Assembly: GCF_004010195.1 (NCBI RefSeq)
Contig: NC_057720.1
Location: 31,724,831 to 31,788,830, forward strand
DNA from: Chiloscyllium plagiosum
Taxonomy: Eukaryota
Length of the DNA stretch: 64,000 nt
Reading direction: 5' to 3'
Part shown: positions 13,411 through 25,142 of the stretch, in pieces
Numbering within the stretch: position 1 is the first letter of the stretch
Layout: each line of letters starts with the position of its first letter
Position numbers and translations under genes: made by a program
The notes under the pieces: generated by a model
What the model saw: the letters and a program-made list of their open reading frames with translations, nothing else
The model's database searches: none
Told to the model about the DNA's origin: nothing

Positions 13411-14417
13411 GCTCCCCTGTTCTTCTTCTCAAAATGGGATATTTTACACCCACCCGAGAAGATACAGCACTCTCACAGCATTGTACTGAAAGTCAGCTAC
13501 AAATGTGTCATTAGTTCTGTGCGAGGGTGCGACAGCAAATTTATATCCTTTTGACGTAAATGTGAGACTGGTACCTTCAAGCCAGTAATAACTTCTCCTA
13601 GATTTGATTCATTCTATGACAAAGTAGCAATCTTTTGATATGACATCTATACTATTTGTATTTGACATGTAAGTATTACTAGATTATTTATCTTAGCAGG
13701 TCCTGATCTTGTTTTTAATCAATGACCATTCATGCTCATTTCCAGTTAATTGATTTTTAACCATGATTTTCACCAAATTAATCTGTGAATATTGCTGTGA
13801 TACGTTGTTCCATTGTTGCTTCTTTTCCTGAGACCAGTTAACTCAGCATGATCAGATAAAAACTGGTATTTTCATTACCATTTTCGTGGATTACCTTACA
13901 GCATATTTTTCAACTATGGCTCTGTTGCCCCACGATCAGGAGGAAAGCTAAAGCCCTTCACTGCACAATCTGTCTTTATTATTGGGAGCTACATGCATGC
14001 AGTCCAGTAGCCAGCTTTGAACCAGTCAGTGATTTTTCCATAGGGAAAAGAAATGTAATTCACTTGATACTTTTCCCACTATAACCTGAATTAATTTGTG
14101 ATGTAGGACTTCATAGGTACTGGCTATGATCCATCAATTCTACAACAGAGCATGGAGGAACCCAAATCATTCTGTCAGCATTTGACCTCTATTCTTTTTT
14201 GATTTAAATTGTGTTTTTAAAAAATCGATACCGAAATTGTGTTTGACAAGTAAAAGGTTGGCATTATGGTATTTTTCTCAAAGGAGAAAAATAGCAACCA
14301 AAAGAGGGCACTCCAGAGTTACCTATCGATATCAAGAAAAGCGTGTATCTATTTAAGTCTTAAATACAGAATAGATCTCAAAGCAATCCAGAGGAGAAAG
14401 CAAATTGATGCTGAATC

Positions 14418-14452
<35 letters not shown>

Positions 14453-14457
14453 ATATG
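14418..14457. repeat. (TG)n(CG)n microsatellite
   Basis: About 40 bp of alternating purine-pyrimidine sequence. Confidence 0.95.
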
Positions 14458-15619
14458 TTTTTGGAGAGGTGGGGAGGGTTAGTGTGGTTAGCAGAAGTGA
14501 CCTAAGATCTGGCCAACAACAGGCATTTAGAAAACTAAACAGTTGGACCTTGGAGGGATGAAAGGCAGATGTATTTAAAAGGAAAGAGTCCAGAAAATAC
14601 AGGCAAGAATGCTGAAAGCTGAAAACTCTTCAACTAACGATGGAACAAATGGAGGAGAAGTTCTCCAGATGCTGGATAAGAGAACAGAAAGACGCTGCAA
14701 AGACACTGTGGAGGGAGAAGTTAAATAAGTGGATGATCAACATTACATAAAATATTAGATTACATTTAAGTAGCACTTTGTATGATTTTCAAGATATTTA
14801 CCTTTTAGATGCAGTCGCTGTTATATAAGAAAAAAACAGACACATTGGACGCAGACAGATTGCATATATTAGAAAAATAATCAAATAATCATTTTTGATA
14901 CCAATTTAGGATGGGATTTATTTGGGATAACAGAAGTAGATTTCAAATAATACATGTGTTTTGTACCTGAAATGTTTAATGTCTCATCTGAAAGGCAATA
15001 ATTCTGACAATGTATTCAGTGGGAAGTGAATGGTCAGATCACATGATGCAGTAACTTAATGGGGCTGAGGTCAGCAGTAAAAGATCTCTTCCATCATTTA
15101 TTTATTGGATTTTCTCTAACAACTCAGCTTGTTTGGTCCGTGAGTAAATGAACCATAAAGACCTTGGAAGATCTGAGTTTCAATGTGATTCCTGTACTGT
15201 ACATCCCATAGGTGGTAAGTGGCCATATGTATGAGAATGATATACCCTGTCTGTGTTCAGTTAGTTGATATTAAATATGGTAGCAAAGTTGGCATCAAAA
15301 TTTTAGGGTGTTGAGGGAAGAACTATTTAGGTACACCTTAATTATCATCAAGTGAATCTTTCTGAAAGTGCCTTTGAATGTACACTTGGGAAGAAGAGAT
15401 TGGATTATTCCTTCTTTGGCTCATATCTAAGCCAGAATCTATTGCTCACTGCTAATTGCCCCGGAAAAAAATGGTAATGCATTGTCTTCTTGTCTTTTTA
15501 TCTGTAGTTCATATGGTGCAGTTATACTCACAGTGTGTGAGTGAGGGAATTCCAAGAGTAGTCGCTGAGATCTTCCTTACTTTTCTAAAGCTTGTGAAGG
15601 CATGTCTCTCCATGTCTCA

Positions 15620-16256
15620 CAATTTGCCTCCATTGGTCAGTGTATGGAGTATATGAGTTGAGAGGTCATATTGCATCTGTACAGGACATTGGCGAGGCCA
15701 CTTTTCGAATACTGCATTCAATTTTGGTCTCCCTGCTATAGGAAGGATGTTGTTAAACTTGAAAAGGTTCAGAAAAGATCTACAATGATGTTGCTGGGAT
15801 TGGAGAGTTTGAGTTATAGGCAGAGTCTAAATAGGCTGGGACATTTTTGTCTTGGAATATCGAAGGCTGAGGGGTGACCTTATATAGGTGTCTAAAAAAT
15901 CATGTGGAACATGGATAGGATAAAAAGCCAAGGTCTTTTTTGTTCCCCAGAGTAGGGGAGTCCAAAGGTAAAGGACATAGATTTAACATGAAGGGGAATG
16001 ATATGAAAGGGGCCTGAGGGGCAACTTTTTAACGCAGAGGGTTCTGTATGTGTGGAATGAGCTGCCAGAGGAAGTTGTGGAGGCTGGTACAATTACAACA
16101 TTTAAAAGACAACCGGATGGGCAAATGAAGGGGAAAGATTTAGAGAGATATGGGCCAAATGCTGGCAAATGGAAATAGATCGGTTTAGGATATCTGGTCT
16201 GCATGCCACGAGTTGGATTGAAGAATCTGTTTCCATACTGTATAACTCTATGACTG
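15620..16256 (+). mobile_element. CR1 3' fragment
   Basis: LYRTLARPLFEYCIQFWSPCYRKDVVKLEKVQKR, with a CTCTATGACT tail. Confidence 0.9.
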
Positions 16257-16377
16257 TATTTGACTACCTTAAGAGCCTTACTTATAAGAGAGTTCAGTCC
16301 TTGGGGCTTCATGTCAGGTATTTCATAGCAGAAAGGCAAGAAACGAGTGGGTTTGTTTCCAGGGCCAACTCACCCAA

Positions 16378-16510
16378 ATTCCTGATGAAGGGCTTTTGCC
16401 CGAAATGTGGATTCTCCTGCTTCTCGGATGCTGCCTGACCTGCTGTGCTTTTCCAGCACCACACTCTCCACTCTGATCTCCAGCATCTGCAGTTCTCACT
16501 CTCTCCTCTC
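16378..16510 (+). mobile_element. Short Penelope-derived hammerhead element (cleavage-site region mutated)
   Basis: CTGATGAAGGGCTTTTGCCCGAAATGTGG followed by the family tail GATGCTGCCTGACCTGCTGTGCTTTTCCAGCA...CAGCATCTGCAG. Confidence 0.8.
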
Positions 16511-17048
16511 TCCTCTTGTCACCACCTCCAATGAGGGGAACATTCCACCAATAAGAATTATGTGTAGCTTGGATGAGGTTGAGTAGTTCCTAATGACCAT
16601 TGTCTACATTAACAGAAACATAATGATCACACCAGACGGTTGTTACCATTTTTAGAACGATACCCCAGCATTTTCAATTTTGTCAACAGAGATGAAAATG
16701 GGAGAAATTGGGGGAAATGTACAATTAAATAATGGTGACGTTTTTCTATGACAAATTCAGAAATTGCTGGAGAGACGTCAGAACTGAAGACGGAACACTC
16801 AACTCCAAATGTTGATACTACTTTCTATCCACAGTTGCAGAGTTTCTCCAGCAATTTCTGTTTTCGTTTCTGTATTTGTTTCAGAACTTCCACATCTGCA
16901 CTTTGTTTTATTTTCATGTTTTTCTAAGCTCGCTCTCTGATATTTTTCTGCATCAATCCTCCACAAGTTAGGAGCAGGCCTCAATATCTAGATATGATTC
17001 ATAAACAATTCTAATTTAATGGATATCAGCTAGGTAGCAATAGAAGCA

Positions 17049-17256
17049 GCTGAAAATGTGTTGCTGGAAAAGCGCAGCAGGTCAGGCAGCATCCAAGGAA
17101 CAGGAGAATAGACGTTTCGGGCATAAGCCCTTCTTCAGGAGCTTATGCCCGAAACGTCGATTCTCCTGTTCCTTGGATGCTGTCTGACCTGCTGTGCTTT
17201 TCCAGCAACACATTTTTCAGCTCTGATCTCCAGCATCTGCAGTCCTCACTTTCACC
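17049..17256. mobile_element. Fold-back (inverted) Penelope-derived hammerhead element with 13-bp TSD
   Basis: About 80-bp inverted arms at 17048-17128 and 17141-17222. AGCAATAGAAGCA is duplicated at 17036-17048 and 17257-17269. Confidence 0.88.
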
Positions 17257-17687
17257 AGCAATAGAAGCACTATAGTTTGGGGTGAGGGTGGGAAAAATCA
17301 CGGATTGATTTGATTTTTACCTAGTGATCTCAAAGGATTTTCTGATTAAAATCTGATTGGGTTCAGCTTTCATACTTCCTGTGGTGAAATAGCATTAATG
17401 ATCAATGCTGGGACTTGCATCCAAAAAATCAGTGATTCCAGAATTGAGTTGAATTGTTAAAATCAGAAAAAGTCAACTTTTTCCAATGAAAAGGAAATAA
17501 TTTCATCAGATCTTTTGGCTCAGGCCCAGGCTCTTTGTTAATCACTTGCATAGATTACTTTGTGGAATTCAACTAACAGTCAGTTACAAATATGTCTACC
17601 AAAAACAAGAACAATCTACATGCTGATGAGGTATTATGAATTAATAAAGACAAAGGAAAAGATTACTGTAAAATTTGTTTGCTTTTT

Positions 17688-17870
17688 AGATTAGATTACC
17701 TTCGGCCCAACAAGTCCACACCGACCCTCTGAAGTGTAACCCACCCAGACCCATTTCCCTCTGAATGATGCACCTCACACTATGGGTGATTTAGCATGGC
17801 TAATTCACCTGACCTGCTCATCTTTGGAGTGTGTGAGGAAACCGGAGCACCCAGAGGAAATCCACGCAGA
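17688..17870 (-). mobile_element. Truncated HE1-type SINE (3' half)
   Basis: Shares body and (TAATC) tail sequence with the full copy at 53664-53973. Confidence 0.75.
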
Positions 17871-17957
17871 CCATTGTCTACTTTAACAGAAACATAATGA
17901 TCACGCTAGAGGGTTGTTGCCATTTTTAGAACGATAACCCAGCATTTTCAATTTTTG

Positions 17958-18283
17958 CCTTATCCATGCCATTCATGATTTTTAAAATCTCCAAGGAGGA
18001 TTAGCCCCAGCCTGGTCAGCCTCTCCCCGTTGCTCGGACCCTCCAACCCTGGCAGCATCCTCGTGGATCTTTTCTGGGCCCTTTCAAGTTTCACCCCATC
18101 CTTCCTCTCGCAGGGAGACCAGAGTTGCATGCTGTCTTCTAGCAGTGGCCTGGCCAGTGTCCTGTGCAGCTGCGGTGTAGCCTCCTGGCTCCTGTGCTCA
18201 GTGCACTGGCCAATAGGGGCAAGCATGCAGTGCCTTCTTCAGTATCCTGTCTGCCTGTGGCTCCACTTTCAAGGAACTATGAA
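17958..18283 (-). mobile_element. CR1 fragment, A-to-G hypermutated on the + strand
   Basis: Aligns to 9770-10015; most differences are A-to-G as read on the + strand. Confidence 0.88.
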
Positions 18284-18521
18284 GGGATGTGCATGGTAGG
18301 TGGGTTAGCCATGGGAAATGCAGGGCTTCAGAGACTGGGCAGAATGGTCTGGGTAGAATGTTGTTCGGAGAGTTGGTATAGACTCGATGAGCCGAATAGC
18401 ATGCTTCCACACAGAAAACATTACAATTTCACCAAGCAAACATGAACTGAGTTAAAAAAATTCCACTTGAGACCTTTTGTTGAGGATGGACGTCTGTGAA
18501 GAGGGAAGAATATTCAATATT

Positions 18522-19742
18522 TGATTGAGTTTTTTTGAGGAAGTCACAAAGAGGATTGATGAGGGCAGAACAGTATATGTGATCTATATGGACTTCAGTA
18601 AGGCGTTCGACAAGGTACCCCATGAGAGACTGTTCAGCAAGGTTAGATCTCATGGAATACAGGGAGAACTAGCCATTTGGATACAGAACTGGCACAATGT
18701 TAGAAGAGTAAGGGTGGTGGTGGAGGGTTGTTTTTCAGACTGGAGACCAGTGGAGTGCCACAGGGATCGGTGCTGGGTCCTCTACTTTTTGTCATTTACA
18801 TAAATGATTTGGATGCGAGCATAAGAGGTACAGTTAGTAAGTTTTCAGATGACACCAAAATTGGAGGTGTAGTGGACAGCGAAGAGGATTACCTCAGATT
18901 ACAACAGGATATTGACCAAATGGGCCAATGGGCTGAGAAGTGGCAGATGGAGTTTAATTCAGATAAATGTGTGGTGCTGCATTTTGGAAAAGCAAATTTT
19001 AGCAGGACTTATACACTTAATGGTAAGGTCCTAGGGAGTGTTGCTAAACAAAGAGACCTTGGAATGCAGGTTCATGGCTCTTTGAAGGTTGAGTCGTGGG
19101 TGGATAGGATAGTGAAGAAGGCGTTTATTATGCTTTCCTTTAGTGGTCAGGGTGTTGAGTACAGGAGTTGGGAAGTCGTGTTGCTGCTGTACAGGACATT
19201 GGTTAGGCCACTGTTGGAACATTGCGTGCAATTCTGGTCTCCTTCCTATCAGAGGGGTGTTGTGGGACTTGAGGGAGTTCAGGGGGGATTTGCGGGGAAA
19301 TTGCCAGGGTTGGAGGGTTTGGGCTGTGGGGAGGGGGGGAACTGAGCAGGCTAGGTCTGTTTTCCCTGGAGAGTTGGAGGCTGAGAGGTGACCTTATAGA
19401 GGTTTACGGGATTTGAGGGGCAGGGATGGGGTGAATGGGCAAGGTCATTTCCCTGGGGTCAGGCGGTCCGAAACTGGAGGGTGTGGGTTTGGGGTGAGAG
19501 GGGAAAGATATAGGGGAGACCTACGGGGCAACTTTTTCACACAGAGGGTGGTACGTGTATGGAATGAGCTGCCAGAGGAAGTGGTGGAGGCTGGTACAAT
19601 TGCAACATTTAAGAGGCATTTGGATGGGTATATGAATAGGAAGCGTTTGGAGAGATATGGGCCGGGTGCTGGCAGATGGGACGAGACTGGTCGGCATGGA
19701 CTGAAGGGTCTGTTTCCATGCTGTATATCTCTATGACTCTAT
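18522..19742 (+). mobile_element. CR1 RT/3' fragment with an A-to-G hypermutated segment at about 19071-19520
   Basis: YMDFSKAFDKVPH, SGVPQGSVLGP and KFSDDTKIGG motifs, with a CTCTATGACTCTAT tail. Confidence 0.93.
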
Positions 19743-19814
19743 ATCTTATCTTTTCCCTGGAGCAGTCCAGAACGAGAGGGCATAGGTTTAGGGTGAGAGG
19801 GGAAAGAAAAAATA

Positions 19815-21301
19815 TTTGTATCATCGATAGTCATAGGTGAGGTGCCGGATGACTGGAGGTTGGCTAACGTAGTGCCACTGTTTAAGAAAGATAGTAAGGA
19901 CAAGCCAGGGAACTATAGACCAGTGAGCTTGATGTTGGTGGTGGGCAAGTTGTTGGAGGGAATCCTGAGGGACAGGATGTACATGTATTTGGAAAGGCAA
20001 GGACTGATTAGGATAGTCAACATGGCTTTGTGTGTGGGAAAACATGTCTCATAATCTTGATTGAGTTTTTTGAAGAAGTATCAAAGAGGATTGATGAGGG
20101 CAGAGTGGTAGATGTGATCTATATGGAATTCAGTAAGGCGTTTGACAAGGTTCCCCATGGGAGACTGGTAAGCCAGGTTAGATCACAAGGAATACAGGGA
20201 GATCTAGCCATTTGGATACAGAACTGGCTCAAAAGGTGGAAGGCAGAGGGTGATCGTGAAGGATTGTTTTTCAGACTGGAGGTTTGTGACCAGTGGAGTG
20301 CCACAAGGATCGGTGCTTGGTCCACTACTTTTCATCATTTATATAAATGATTTGGATGTGAGCATAAGGGGTATAGTTCGTAAGTTTGCAGATGACACCA
20401 AAATTGGAGGTGTGGTGGACAGTGAAGAAGGTTACCTCAGATTATTATGGGTTCTTAATCAGATGGGCCAATGGGCTGAGAAGTGGCAGATGGAATTTAA
20501 TTCAGATAAATGCGAGGTGCTGCATTTTGGGAAAGCAAATCAGAGCAGGACTTATAAACTTAATGGTAAGGTCCTAGGGAGTGTTGCTGAACAAAGAGAC
20601 CTTTGAGTGCAGGTTCATAGCTCCTTGAAAGTGGAGTCACAGGTAGATAGGATAGTGAAGAAGGTGTTGGGAAAGTTTCCTTTATTGGTCAGAGTATTGT
20701 GTACAGGAGTTGGGAGGGCATGTTGCGGCTGTACAGGACATTTATTAAGCCACTGTTGGAATATTGCGTGCAATTCTGATCGCCTTCCTATCGGAAAGAT
20801 GTTGTGGAACTTGAAAGGGTTCAGAAAAGATTTACAAGGATGTTGCCAGGGATGGAGGATTTGAGCTATAAGGAGAGGCTGAATAGGCTGGGGCTGTTTT
20901 CCCTGCAGTGTCAGAGGCTGAGGGGTGACCTCATAGAGGTTAATAAAGTCATGAGGGGCATGGATAGGATAAATAGACAAAGTCTTTTCCCTGGGGTGGG
21001 GGAGTCCAGAACTGGAGGGCATAGGTTTAGGGTGAGAGGGGAAAGATATAAAAGAGACCTAAGTGGCAACTTTTTCACACAGAGGGCGGTAGGTGTATGG
21101 AATGAGCTGCTGGAGGAAGTGGTGGAGGCTGATACAATTGCAACATTTAAAAGACATTTGGATGGGTATATGAATAGGAAGGGTTTGTAAGGATATGGGC
21201 GGGTGCTGGTCGGTGGGACTAGATTGGGTTGGGTTACCTGGTCGCCATGGACGGGTTGGCCCGAAGGGTCTGTTTCCGTGCTGTACATCTCTATGACTCT
21301 A
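19815..21301 (+). mobile_element. CR1 RT/3' fragment, tandem with the previous copy and unedited
   Basis: DWRLANVVPLFKK..PGNYRPVSL, VPQGSVLGP and FADDTKIGG motifs with frameshifts; the tail ends at about 21301. Confidence 0.93.
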
Positions 21302-22210
21302 AGTTGCAACTGATTGGAAATAGTACAACTTTTCAAGCTGCAACAAATGTCCCCTTCTTTGAGCAGCTTTCATGAGGGAAGACCTCTAAAGAATTTCACC
21401 CGCATTAGGTCCCTCACTCCCATCACCCTAATCTGTCAAGGTTAACTTCTTTATTTTGCCTAATGGCTTCAATTCACAATTCTGATCCCCAGGTCCAAAT
21501 ATTCCGTAACCCACTCCTCCAGGTCTAAATGATTTCCAGAAACAACGGGCTCCAACTTGATCGTTCAGTGGGCAACTAAACCTCTCTGGAACTTCCAGCT
21601 GCTTTGTCATTGCCTCGTTGTTTTCAAAAGTCCCACATACTGTCTTTCATGGTTCCATCTCGGGTTGACTCCTCCGATTTCCCGCTGACTCCGCTGTCTC
21701 TCGCTTGATGTACAACACCGAACGTCAATGCATCACGCACAGGAAAACAGCGAATAAAATGTTTTAGTCACTTAACCTACCGGAGCAACTTCTACAACAG
21801 TGTCCAAATTAAACGTAAACGCTTGTGGTAGTTTCCCTACCTCTCGGTCAGAGAGTTTGCTGATCAAACTGATTAAAAATATCTACAAATTAACTCAACC
21901 AGGTATTGTATCTTGCTTCCTAGCAACACAGCTGTGTGTGTTTTGTTCTTTCAACCGGTCGAAATGTGCCGAAGCATTCGTGACATTGAGAAGGGCATGA
22001 AAGCTGGAGAAACGCATACTGACAATGAAAGATGACTATCGTCACGCGGGCATAACATCTTTGTCAATGATCTAGCGGCGGTCCATATTCTTTTCCCCCT
22101 GACCGAGGCAGAGCGAGGAAACTTCACGTTGTTCCATTTCAGCCGCAAATGCCAGGGGTTGCCATACACGCCATTCACCAGTGAGTGGCGCTGCCGGCCG
22201 CTGACCGAGG

Positions 22211-22329
22211 GACCAATCAGAGCGCCGCCTGTCCTTAAGCCCCGCCCCAAGGGGGGTATCCTGCCGTTGTGACGTCAGGCAGCGAAGTCCCGCGCTATAA
22301 AGTAGCGACCGGGATTCCCTGGCCACGTG
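22211..22329 (+). promoter_or_regulatory. PLK3 core promoter: CCAAT (22213), GC box (22239-22248), full CRE TGACGTCA (22270-22277), TATAAA (22296-22301), E-box CACGTG (22324-22329)
   Basis: Motifs read directly, in canonical order and spacing, 110-225 bp upstream of the ATG. They lie in the main CpG-rich non-repeat region of the window (about 21650-23600). Confidence 0.85.
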
Positions 22330-22437
22330 TCTGCTCTCATTGTCTAGCCTGTGCCCTAGCAAGCATTAGTGCTGCGGCGGCCCGGGCTTTCTTAAACTAG
22401 AACCTATCTCTCACTGCCAGTTATAGTCGTTTGTACT

Positions 22438-22575
22438 ATGAGTTCGGACATTCAAAAAGCTTCGAGTGGTGGTTGCCTTCACCCTAAAATTACCCGGGAG
22501 AGAACGGATTTGAACCGGATGGTTACCGCTCCCAAGACCGGCAAATGTTACTGCCGAGGGCGGCTGCTCGGAAAG
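22438..22575 (+). CDS. PLK3: Polo-like kinase 3, coding exon 1 of 15 (MSSDIQKASSGG...TGKCYCRGRLLGK)
   Basis: ATG has A at -3, with an in-frame TAA upstream at 22393. The exon ends in the PLK kinase start ..YCRGRLLGK, followed by donor GTATG. It lies downstream of the TATA/CRE/CCAAT promoter. Confidence 0.9.
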
Positions 22576-23880
22576 GTATGGTACAGCTCTGTTAGAAAAC
22601 CTCTTGCCTCGTAGTGAAGCCGTTTGGAAATGCTGCTGCTGCTGTGCACGACCGTGCGTGTGTGCGCTTTTTTTTTAATAAACCATACGCACACCTCCTT
22701 TATTTCGCTCCAAGCGTTGAAAGTTTGCAGATTGTGTTTGGTTTTTTTGTGAACGGTTATCGCCTATTTCTGGACGCCCTCTTATTTAATATTCCGTGCT
22801 TGGAGTACAGATGTGATGATGGTTATCATTACGACAAAGGTTTCCCGAGGGCTCTTCTATTTAAAACGGTTGTGTGACCTTCACTTTGCTAGCTCACTTC
22901 CATGTATTTTCATGGAAAGGGGTATTTGATTCATTTTAACTGAATTCAAATGCTGTCCGTGCAAATAACGGGCAAGATTTGCGTGACTGAAACGACAATG
23001 AGCATACAATTTTTTTCCACAAACAACTGTCGAGTGATTTATACCTGGTATTCTAGCTGAAGCTTTCTAACCGGTCATTCAGTTGACTGCATCTTAGGAA
23101 TTAGCTCATTTAACAGTCAGGTGTGGTATAGGCAGCCTATGTGTATGAGTATGGGTCGAAGCTTCTAATTATCAGCGTTGTTTCATATCGTTACTGTTTT
23201 CGCGTTTTAATTTCTCAATGGAAACGCTCGATGGAGTTGAGTGGATCATTACTGGGAGGGGATGGCGATGGGATGGAATGCCGTTTCAGCGGGCTCCGAG
23301 GCTACGTTTTATTGGTTCTGGCTGGTTGAATTTCTGAATCTGCATGATTCCGCATGACCTCATGTGAATGCTCTCTGCAGGCAGGGGGAAAGTACGGACC
23401 TCTATTTTTCGGGTGGTGGTTGAGAATTTTTCGCCTCCAAGTGGAAATGCACATTGAGGAAGAGTTGCATCCACTCCGTTGTGGCAAGCTTATACTGCCA
23501 CGTGTGAATTTCTGCAACTGGAAGCGGAAACCCCCTTCCATCACTTTTATTTTTACATAGGATGAAGAGCATATCTTAGAATATTCCTGTTGGCGTAGTA
23601 TTAGACGCTTAGACATGGCTGTCTCTGAGGTGAAAAATAAGTTGTTTAATGCTTTGCCTCAACCCGAAGTTGTTATATCACCTGGATTCGAACCTGAAGT
23701 TATCGAGGGTGAATAATATCATCAACTTGCATTTGTATAGCCCCTCTCTAGAAACAGTTTAAAAGACTTCAAGATGCATCAGGGGAGCATTTATCTGAAT
23801 GAAATCTGATATCCCCCCCGCCCCCCCGGGTTGTCTTGCATTTGAATTAGATGTTCACAAGGTTAGGTTTTAAAATAACT

Positions 23881-23994
23881 AGGAATGAGGGGCTTATGCC
23901 CGAAACGTCGATTCTCCTGTTCCTTGGATGCTGCCTGACCTGCGCTTTTCCAGCAACACATTTTCAGTTCTGATCTGCAGCCCTCACTCTCTCC
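23881..23994 (+). mobile_element. Short Penelope-derived element in PLK3 intron 1 with 13-bp TSD
   Basis: GGGCTTATGCCCGAAACGTCGA plus the family tail. TTTTAAAATAACT is duplicated at 23868-23880 and 23995-24007. Confidence 0.85.
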
Positions 23995-25142
23995 TTTTAA
24001 AATAACTTTGTAAGATTTTGTTTTTTTATTTGAAGTCCAGGCATGATTTTTAAAGCGGGAGTGGGGTTGTTTGATTAGGCACAAGTGCTGAATTGGGTTA
24101 TGAGTTCAAAGGCTTAGTAAAATCTTAGATTGCTGTACAATCTACCTGAGGCAAAAGGAAAATTGTTTGCAACAATGAGAAAGTGAAACGAAAGTCCAAC
24201 TGTAGTCTGGGAAACCTGAAAATTGCCACTTAATCAATGAAGGAAAATTTTAAACTATAATATCTAAGATGTCAACTATTGTCTCTTGGCTGGGCTCTCT
24301 GAATATTACCATTGTTGATGTCTTTTAAGTGGCAGATAGCATTGCACCAGCTTCATGGTTTGGAACTGTTAGTGGTGTACCCTGAATTTTCAGAACTTCC
24401 CTTGAATTCCCTCAAATCTACCTGCTTGTGTAGGTTGCCTTAGTATCTGACTTGTCAAGACAAAACACTGACTCGCAACGTTAGCACAGTGCTGATTGAC
24501 TCTTCTGTATTGCATGAGCCTATTGTCTGAGCTAAGCTACACTGATTAATTTGTCAAATGCAAAAGTGCATATAAGTTGACATTTAATACAGAATAAATA
24601 CTTGTTTGCATTTAACTGCAGCTTTAGTGATGTGGTCTTGCTCTTGTTAAATGTACACCCAATATTAAATAGTGGGAGCCAGAATCATGGGGTTTATTAA
24701 AGCACAATCTCTTTTAATCCCTGGTGTATGCTCACACCAATATTATTGAAGAAGAAAACAACACTGTCATCCCCATCCATTCCTAGGAAATTTAGCTGTA
24801 TTGGGGGCTGTAGGAATGTGTTCTATATAACTTCCGCTTTTAGAATCTCAAGTCTTCTAAGGAATCCCACTTGTTTTAGTATTAATAGTTCAAAAGTCAA
24901 AAATGAAGTAAATGAATTTATATGTATACCTTCTGAAAAAGGCAGTGTAATCTGGTCTGGTGTGTATGGTGGATTAGTTGTCAAAGCTTTCTTTTCAAGA
25001 TTAGCTAGCTAGCTAGTTTTAAGGAGCATGGTCATGATGGTAACTGTTTTAATGTACCCTGCATAATTCTGTCCAAACTTAATGCTTTGCAGTTTTGATT
25101 TTCTGATAATGCAGTTCTTCCACATGCGTATTACTGAAGGTT

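Noticed and set aside
19071..19520. APOBEC-type G-to-A editing or simple GC drift as the cause of the mismatch cluster
   Set aside because: The A state is shared by several other CR1 copies and preserves the RT protein, so G is derived. The change has the same polarity on the + strand in oppositely oriented arms, which fits dsRNA editing better.
23601..23620. Possible p53 response element in PLK3 intron 1 (AGACATGGCT)
   Set aside because: It is only one imperfect half-site, and the adjacent decamer lacks the CWWG core.
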